Positions 26,977-32,000 of a stretch of 32,000 nt of DNA are shown one piece after another. Position numbers and translations under genes: made by a program. Below the pieces are notes generated by a model, which worked only from the letters and a program-made list of their open reading frames with translations, was not told where the DNA came from and ran no database searches. Positions within the stretch are counted from its first letter, which is position 1, and the number at the start of each line of letters is the position of its first letter. The DNA comes from Gemmataceae bacterium (GTDB lineage Bacteria; Planctomycetota; Planctomycetia; Gemmatales; Gemmataceae), in the NCBI GenBank assembly GCA_046719305.1, contig JBDNDE010000001.1:8607-40606 (forward strand), given 5' to 3'.

Positions 26977-27011
26977 AAAAACCAACCAGCCCGCGGAGGT
27001 TTCCTCCGCGG
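26977..27011 (-). terminator. rho-independent-type terminator downstream of the thioredoxin-like gene
   Basis: A perfect 9-bp inverted repeat, ccgcggagg (26991-26999) and cctccgcgg (27003-27011), has a 3-nt loop. It lies 34 nt after the TGA stop at 27045-27047. On the minus strand it is followed by GCUGGUUGGUUUUU (U-run = plus-strand A-run 26977-26981). Confidence 0.55.
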
Positions 27012-27044
27012 ACCGTGACTGTTTCGCTAAGCGAAGGGAAACGA

Positions 27045-27596
27045 TCACTCGAGAATCTTCGGCAGGGCGGCTAGGATCGCCTCGATGTCCTTTTCCTTCA
27101 GTTCGCCCTTTTTATAGGCAAACTGAGCGCGAGTCTTGCGGTTCTTGTAGAGAACCACGGTCACATCGGCATCAGGATGCAGTTCATAGCCCCCCGGACC
27201 CGACTTGCTATCCACCAGCGTCAGAATGGTCTTGGTAATCTTTTCCTTCTTGGCCAGGTTCTTGAGCTCATCTTCAAGCTTTTCGGAGTCGTTGCAGAAG
27301 ACCACGAAAGAACCCATCTTCTTCTTGGCATTCTCTTCGGTCTTCTTGTCGATGGCCTTGACCAAACTGGTCAAGTTGTCGGAGACTTCGCGAGCGAAGA
27401 TCATCACGACAGGGTTGCCACCGTTGCTTCAGACAAGGCAATTTTTGGAGCCGACGTTCTTGCCACTGCAGTGTAGTGGGTTGAACGCCTTAATCGGCAT
27501 AGTGGGCTTCTGTTCGCCCGATTTGAGTTCATCCGCTGCTAGCACGACGGTCACTATCGCGCAGGCCAGGGATGCTCCCAGCACCATCTTGTTCAT
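27045..27596 (-). CDS. secreted thioredoxin-like protein with one in-frame TGA (27431..27429) in a C-x-x-TGA motif; candidate selenoprotein (183 aa if TGA = Sec), otherwise a freshly inactivated gene
   Basis: The ATG at 27596 is preceded by AGGAGG at 6-nt spacing. Translation gives MNKMVLGASLACAIVTVVLAADELKSGEQKPTMPIKAFNPLHCSGKNVGSKNCLV-TGA-SNGGNPVVMIFAREVSDNLTSLVKAIDKK...KILE*. The track's 120-aa ORF (27045..27407) is the tail of this same frame. I checked the frame codon by codon from 27596 to 27402. Confidence 0.55.
27378..27410 (-). promoter_or_regulatory. stem-loop 18 nt downstream of the in-frame TGA (possible SECIS-like element)
   Basis: The minus-strand RNA is GUCG-UGAU-GAUCUUCG-CUCG-CGAAGUC-UC-CGAC. 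It has a 4-bp outer stem, a small internal loop, and an inner stem of 7 bp with one bulged U. The tetraloop starts about 34 nt after the UGA. That spacing is compatible with bacterial SECIS models as I recall them, but the structure is short and not diagnostic. Confidence 0.3.
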
Positions 27597-27885
27597 GAGA
27601 TCCTCCTATTGTGGAAGAAAGCCGGACCGTTCCGACTTCACCGTGTTGGACGAGAGCTACCGCTTTGCGATTCGAGCAAGCCGGCCAAGATGTGAAGGAT
27701 TTTCGGAAAAACGATTACGGCAACCAATTTCGCTAATCAAATCGAGGGAAGTGATAAGATTCTTCTATCGCGACTTTGCTTTACGATCCTCTATCAACAC
27801 CGGGCTTCGACTTGCCCCGACTGGCTTGGTTTGCTATCGCTGGCCCTCGCGCGATCGCCTCGTGCCGGTTGGGAGTTACCCTGTG

Positions 27886-30800
27886 ATGACCAGTCTCGGC
27901 TTGCTAGCGTTGCTGTTCTTCCTGAACGGCTCCACGACGGGTGAGCTACCAGCCTATCTACCGCGTTATGATCTCGTGATCGACCTAGATGTCAAGAATC
28001 GGCAGGCCCAGGTACAGCAGGTTGCAACGTGGACCAACCCGCACGAAACGCCCACAGATCGGGTTGTGCTGGTCGCTCACGCCAGGTATGTCGTGCCCGA
28101 GAAAGAGATCGGGTTTACTGCTAAGACGCTGGAGATCTTGCGAGTGCGACCTAGTGAGGCGATGGGAATCGTCGCGCCACCGTTGAAACTGCACGCGTTG
28201 AGAGTCGAAGGCCAATCGGCCCGATACACCGTTGAGGGGGACACCCAGACCACCTTGGTTGTCCCCCTAGGTCGTCCCCTTGGCAAGGGCCAGAGCATTC
28301 GGTTAACGCTGGATTTCACACTCGATTTGCCCGCCAAAATGGGCCGCTGGGGTCAATGGGACGGGATCACCACCTTAAGCAACTGGTTACCCATCTTTGC
28401 TTATTATGGCCCCGAGGTGAACCGCTTTGAGGTCCGCCCAGATGGAGCCAAATGGCAACCAACGAATTTCATCGCCTGGCATCAACCATTCTTTAATGAA
28501 GCGGGCATCTATTCGGTGCGGCTCACGGTCGATGGTGACCAGAAAGTCGTGGCCACGGGCAAGATTTTCGACCGCAAAACGAGCCCTGAAGGACGCCAAG
28601 TGTTGCACATTCACGCCTGTGGGGTGCGAGAATTCTCCCTCTTTTGTAGCAGCAAGTATTGCTTCCATGAGGCGGACGTGCCCGCTGGACCCGATGGGAG
28701 CATGGTCCGCGTCCGGACCGCGGTTTCGCCACGCAATGTCTTTTATGGCAAAAAATGTGTCGAATTCGCCTCGCATGCCTTGCTTTGCTACAGCCGCTGG
28801 CTGGGACCATACCCCTATCCCGAATTGACCGTAGCCGAATCCTACTTTGGCTGGAACGGTAACGAGTGTTCGACGATCGTGATGCTAGATGAGCGGGTGC
28901 TGGGCATGCCACAGGTAGCCCAAGAATATGTGGATTATTTGCTCACCCATGAGGTGGCTCACCAATACTGGTACAACCTCGTCGGCACCAATGGCTTTAG
29001 CGAAACCTGGATGGACGAGGCGATGGCCAATCACCTGTGCCAGCGGGTGATGACCGAGAAGTATGGCAAGAACAACGCCCTGATGACCTACCCCAAATGG
29101 CTGGATTGGCTGCCGAAGATTCACCGCGACGACTTTCGCTCTAGTGGCATGTACGGTACCTTTGGCCGGGGGGAGAATACGGCGATACTACAGGAACTCA
29201 ACGGCTTTGGGCATCTCATCACTCTGTTTAACATGTGTTATGACAAGGGCAGTCGGGTGATGGCGATGATCGAGAACCGAATGGGAGGCGAACGATTTTT
29301 TTATGATTTTCTGCGTCTGATCGTGAGCAAGTATCGCTACCGCATCCTCCGCGTGGCTGATTTCCGCCGGGAATTGGAAGCCTACACCGGCAGCACGCCC
29401 AAGAGGTGCGGCCAGTGCTGGGCAGACTTTTTCGAGAACTGGCTGTGCAAAGAGGGGTTGAGCGACTGGAGCGTCGAAAATGTCACGCTCACCAAGCCGC
29501 CTAAATGTGTTAATGAATCGTATGAGCGATGTTTTCTCAAACGTCGTTTGCTGTTGTGCCGGGGTGCCTGTCCCGAAAACGACTTACCGACTGACGGGGT
29601 TCGAGTGGAGGTGATTGTTCACCAACGCCAAGAGTATGACGAGCCAACGCAACTGGGCTTGGAACTGCCCAACTGCCAGGGCTACCCGATTCGCATTCCG
29701 ATTCTCCCGCACCTATCGATCTACACGATCTGTGAGCCGCCCGCTCGCGTCACTCGTCTGGAAAATGGCCCCAAAGGCGGTGTACGGATGAAAATCGAGG
29801 TCGTCCTGCCTGCGGAGCCAACACAAATTGCCATCGACCCCGACCAGAACCTGATCGACGCCAACCCCGCGAACAATTATTGGCACACGCCGATTCGTTG
29901 GCGTTTGACGCCCTTATACACTTTTTTAGAAGAAACAGATCTGACCAACGCCTATGATCGCTGGAACATCATTGCCGGGCCTTGGCTGTTTACGCCGCCT
30001 TATCAAGACCCCTGGTTCACTCGTTCGACGATGGCCGGCGCACGCCTGGGGGCCTACCGCACTCAGCAGTTCGTTGGTGGGGCCTACATCGGCTTCCGCA
30101 CCGATTTCCGCGATGTTGTCGCCGGCGTCGATGGCATGTGGGACCACTGGCCCCAGCCTACTATGCAATCCGGCGTTATTGCCGAACGCCGACTTGCAGA
30201 GGTGCAACGGGGTGATCCGAACGCCTTTCGGGCTGTCGCATGGACACGCTACATCTTTCTTTATTCACCCAGTTTGTATCTACCCCCGGCTCATTTCGTT
30301 GAAGGGTTTGTCAAATATTCCGATAACTTTCTCCCGTTTCCAGCCGAGAGGGTGCCGACCGGGGTTCGTTACGATCGCACGACCACAGCGGGGTTGCATT
30401 ACCGCATCAACTACCTAACCCCCTATTGGGATCCCGAGGGCGGTTTTCAGTTCGATGCCTGGTACGAAGGCGGGATTGCGGCTCAGCCTTCTACCGTGAT
30501 GGTGCAGAAGCTCTCCGGTCAGTTCAGCAGCGTTCATTTCCCCCCGGATCTGCGACCCTGGTTTGCCGAGGGAAGCCTAGCACAAAAGATCAGCGGCTGG
30601 CTGGCCGACACTCGCTTCGCTTTGCGCCTTTTTGGTGCCACCTCGATGCCCTCGCGTGGTGAATTTTTCACCTTGGGCGGGGCGGATCTGTTTCGCGGCT
30701 TTGACATGCGCGAGCGTCAGGGCAGCATGGTTTATGTCGGCTCGGTGGAGTGGCGTGTGCCTCTGGTTCAAGCTGTCAAATGGGACTGCTGCGACCACAT

Positions 30801-31026
30801 GATCGGCCTGCGTAGTGCCTATCTGGCCGCGTTTTATGATGTCGGCAATGCCTTCACCAGTGGCCGCTCGGTGGGGTCGATGGTACACGCGGTCGGTTTG
30901 GGGCTACGAGCCGATGTGGCGTGGTTCAGTTTTGTCGAGCGGACGACGCTGCGGCTAGATATTGCCCAGACCCTCAATAGCAGCAGGGGGGTGCAAGCCT
31001 GGATTGGGGTCAATCACCCGTTTTGA
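27886..31026 (+). CDS. fusion protein: N-terminal M1-family (gluzincin) metallopeptidase plus C-terminal Omp85/BamA-type outer-membrane beta-barrel (1046 aa)
   Basis: The 1273-aa track ORF is over-extended, because its first 680 nt run antisense through the thioredoxin-like gene. The in-frame ATG at 27886 (GGGAG 10 nt upstream) gives MTSLGLLALLFFLNGSTTG... The M1 active site reads HEVAHQYWYNLVGTNGFSETWMDEAMANH, with exact HExxH-x18-E spacing. The barrel has the Omp85 loop-6-like motif GGADLFRGFD, plus AAFYDVGNAF, GLGLRADV and LRLDIAQ. The protein ends in ..GVNHPF, i.e. a terminal Phe. Confidence 0.85.
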   Translation: MTSLGLLALLFFLNGSTTGELPAYLPRYDLVIDLDVKNRQAQVQQVATWTNPHETPTDRVVLVAHARYVVPEKEIGFTAKTLEILRVRPSEAMGIVAPPLKLHALRVEGQSARYTVEGDTQTTLVVPLGRPLGKGQSIRLTLDFTLDLPAKMGRWGQWDGITTLSNWLPIFAYYGPEVNRFEVRPDGAKWQPTNFIAWHQPFFNEAGIYSVRLTVDGDQKVVATGKIFDRKTSPEGRQVLHIHACGVREFSLFCSSKYCFHEADVPAGPDGSMVRVRTAVSPRNVFYGKKCVEFASHALLCYSRWLGPYPYPELTVAESYFGWNGNECSTIVMLDERVLGMPQVAQEYVDYLLTHEVAHQYWYNLVGTNGFSETWMDEAMANHLCQRVMTEKYGKNNALMTYPKWLDWLPKIHRDDFRSSGMYGTFGRGENTAILQELNGFGHLITLFNMCYDKGSRVMAMIENRMGGERFFYDFLRLIVSKYRYRILRVADFRRELEAYTGSTPKRCGQCWADFFENWLCKEGLSDWSVENVTLTKPPKCVNESYERCFLKRRLLLCRGACPENDLPTDGVRVEVIVHQRQEYDEPTQLGLELPNCQGYPIRIPILPHLSIYTICEPPARVTRLENGPKGGVRMKIEVVLPAEPTQIAIDPDQNLIDANPANNYWHTPIRWRLTPLYTFLEETDLTNAYDRWNIIAGPWLFTPPYQDPWFTRSTMAGARLGAYRTQQFVGGAYIGFRTDFRDVVAGVDGMWDHWPQPTMQSGVIAERRLAEVQRGDPNAFRAVAWTRYIFLYSPSLYLPPAHFVEGFVKYSDNFLPFPAERVPTGVRYDRTTTAGLHYRINYLTPYWDPEGGFQFDAWYEGGIAAQPSTVMVQKLSGQFSSVHFPPDLRPWFAEGSLAQKISGWLADTRFALRLFGATSMPSRGEFFTLGGADLFRGFDMRERQGSMVYVGSVEWRVPLVQAVKWDCCDHMIGLRSAYLAAFYDVGNAFTSGRSVGSMVHAVGLGLRADVAWFSFVERTTLRLDIAQTLNSSRGVQAWIGVNHPF

Positions 31027-31067
31027 ACTGTCCTCTTTTTGCTTGCCTCGCAGTGTTTTATTTCCTC

Positions 31068-32000
31068 TCAACTCGGACCGAGTTGATACTTGAGTACCCC
31101 TCCAACAAACACCTTCTCGGCCCGGCCACGTACCTCCCAGCCGGCAAAAGGACAGTTGCGGCTCTTGCTTTTGAAATGAGCCGGGTCGATGGTCCAGGCC
31201 CGCTCGGGATCAATGATGGTCACGTCAGCAATCGCCCCCACCGCGAGCGTACCGCGGTCGATCCCCAGCACCCGCGCCGGCGCGATCGTCATCTTTTCGA
31301 TCATCTGCGGCCAGGTGAGGATACCCGGTTCAATCAACGCTTTGATGCAGATGGGCAAAAAAGTCTCCAACCCGATGATGCCATTGGGGGCTTGATCGAG
31401 TTCGCGCATTTTCTTTTCCGGTGCGTGCGGGGCATGATCGGTGGCTAACACCTCGATAGTGCCGTCACGTAAACCCACAAGGATGGCGTCGATGTCGGCC
31501 TGAGTCCGCAACGGGGGCGACATCTTGTAGTTGCTATCAAAGCTGGCCATACAAGCATCTGTCAGAGTGAAATGATGCGGGCAGGCTTCACCAGTGACAC
31601 GCACGCCCCGCGCTTTGCCACGGCGAATCAGATCGACACCGCCCGCTGTCGAAACATGTAAGATATGCACTCGTGCGCGAGTAAGTTCGGCCAAGGCAAT
31701 CTCGCGGTAGATCAGGATCTCCTCGGCAACGGCGGGATAGCCCCTCAAGCCCAGGCGCATGCTTTCGTACCCCTCGTTCATGACTGCGCCTTGCGTGAGT
31801 GTCAGATCTTCGCAGTGGCTCAAAACCGCCTTGTCAAACATGCGGCAATACTCCATTGCCCGCCGCATGATCTCGCTATTGACCACCGGGGAGCCATCAT
31901 CGGTGAAGGCGACTGCCCCCCCATCGACCATCGCGCCCATTTCGGCCAGTTCTTGACCGAGTCGCCCCTTGGAGATGGCTCCGATGGGAAAGACGTTGGC
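31068..32000 (-). CDS. pyrC: dihydroorotase; N-terminal end lies beyond the right window edge
   Basis: The frame is open from nt 32000 (..ANVFPIGAISKGRLGQELAEMGAMVDGGAVAFTDDG..). Further motifs are HCEDLTL, VHILHVSTAGGVDLIRRGKARG, EACPHHFTLTD, LATDHAPHAPEKK and GIIGLETFLPI. The stop is at 31068-31070. Confidence 0.85.
   Translation of the reverse strand, partial: ANVFPIGAISKGRLGQELAEMGAMVDGGAVAFTDDGSPVVNSEIMRRAMEYCRMFDKAVLSHCEDLTLTQGAVMNEGYESMRLGLRGYPAVAEEILIYREIALAELTRARVHILHVSTAGGVDLIRRGKARGVRVTGEACPHHFTLTDACMASFDSNYKMSPPLRTQADIDAILVGLRDGTIEVLATDHAPHAPEKKMRELDQAPNGIIGLETFLPICIKALIEPGILTWPQMIEKMTIAPARVLGIDRGTLAVGAIADVTIIDPERAWTIDPAHFKSKSRNCPFAGWEVRGRAEKVFVGGVLKYQLGPS

Noticed and set aside
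27205-27885. The N-terminal 227 codons of the 1273-aa plus-strand ORF.
   Set aside because: This part runs antisense through the thioredoxin-like gene and the divergent intergenic region, and translates to Ser/Leu/Phe-rich nonsense. Recognisable M1 peptidase sequence and a signal-like segment begin only at ATG 27886.
1-32000. A search for CRISPR arrays, rRNA/tRNA genes, IS elements and long (>30 nt) repeats.
   Set aside because: I found no regularly spaced direct repeats, no rRNA- or tRNA-like conserved blocks, no transposase-like ORFs and no terminal inverted repeats by eye. An exhaustive repeat search would need software.

Overview
This window reads as a chromosomal segment of a Planctomycetota-type genome. 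It has moderately high GC, a giant Ser/Thr kinase with WD40 and TPR regions next to an ECF sigma factor, a DUF1552 relic, a Tat-dependent PhoD, and many secreted TPR/HEAT proteins. I can support about 20 genes. Housekeeping genes sit at both edges: ileS (1-2719, minus, runs off the left edge) and pyrC (31068-32000, minus, runs off the right edge). Between them lie an ECF sigma plus a 1963-aa kinase, an AT-richer decaying patch with an RyR-domain ORF, a membrane HEAT-repeat protein, an M50/CBS site-2 protease, a secreted TPR protein, PhoD, two secreted proteins, xerD, an overlapping VTC-domain/DUF4956 pair, sppA and two small well-expressed-looking genes. No rRNA, tRNA, CRISPR array or IS element was seen. 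Five things deserve follow-up. (1) A signal-peptide-bearing thioredoxin-like gene (27045-27596, minus) is interrupted by a single in-frame TGA in a C-x-x-TGA context, making it a candidate selenoprotein. (2) One 1046-aa protein fuses an intact M1 gluzincin peptidase to an Omp85/BamA-type beta-barrel (27886-31026). (3) The VTC/DUF4956 pair may be a bacterial VTC-like polyphosphate module. (4) The ECF sigma is linked to a kinase and has no anti-sigma gene. (5) Two gene-decay sites are present: a DUF1552 relic and a multiply frameshifted RyR-domain gene. All functional calls come from my own reading of the translations and motif recall. No database search was run.
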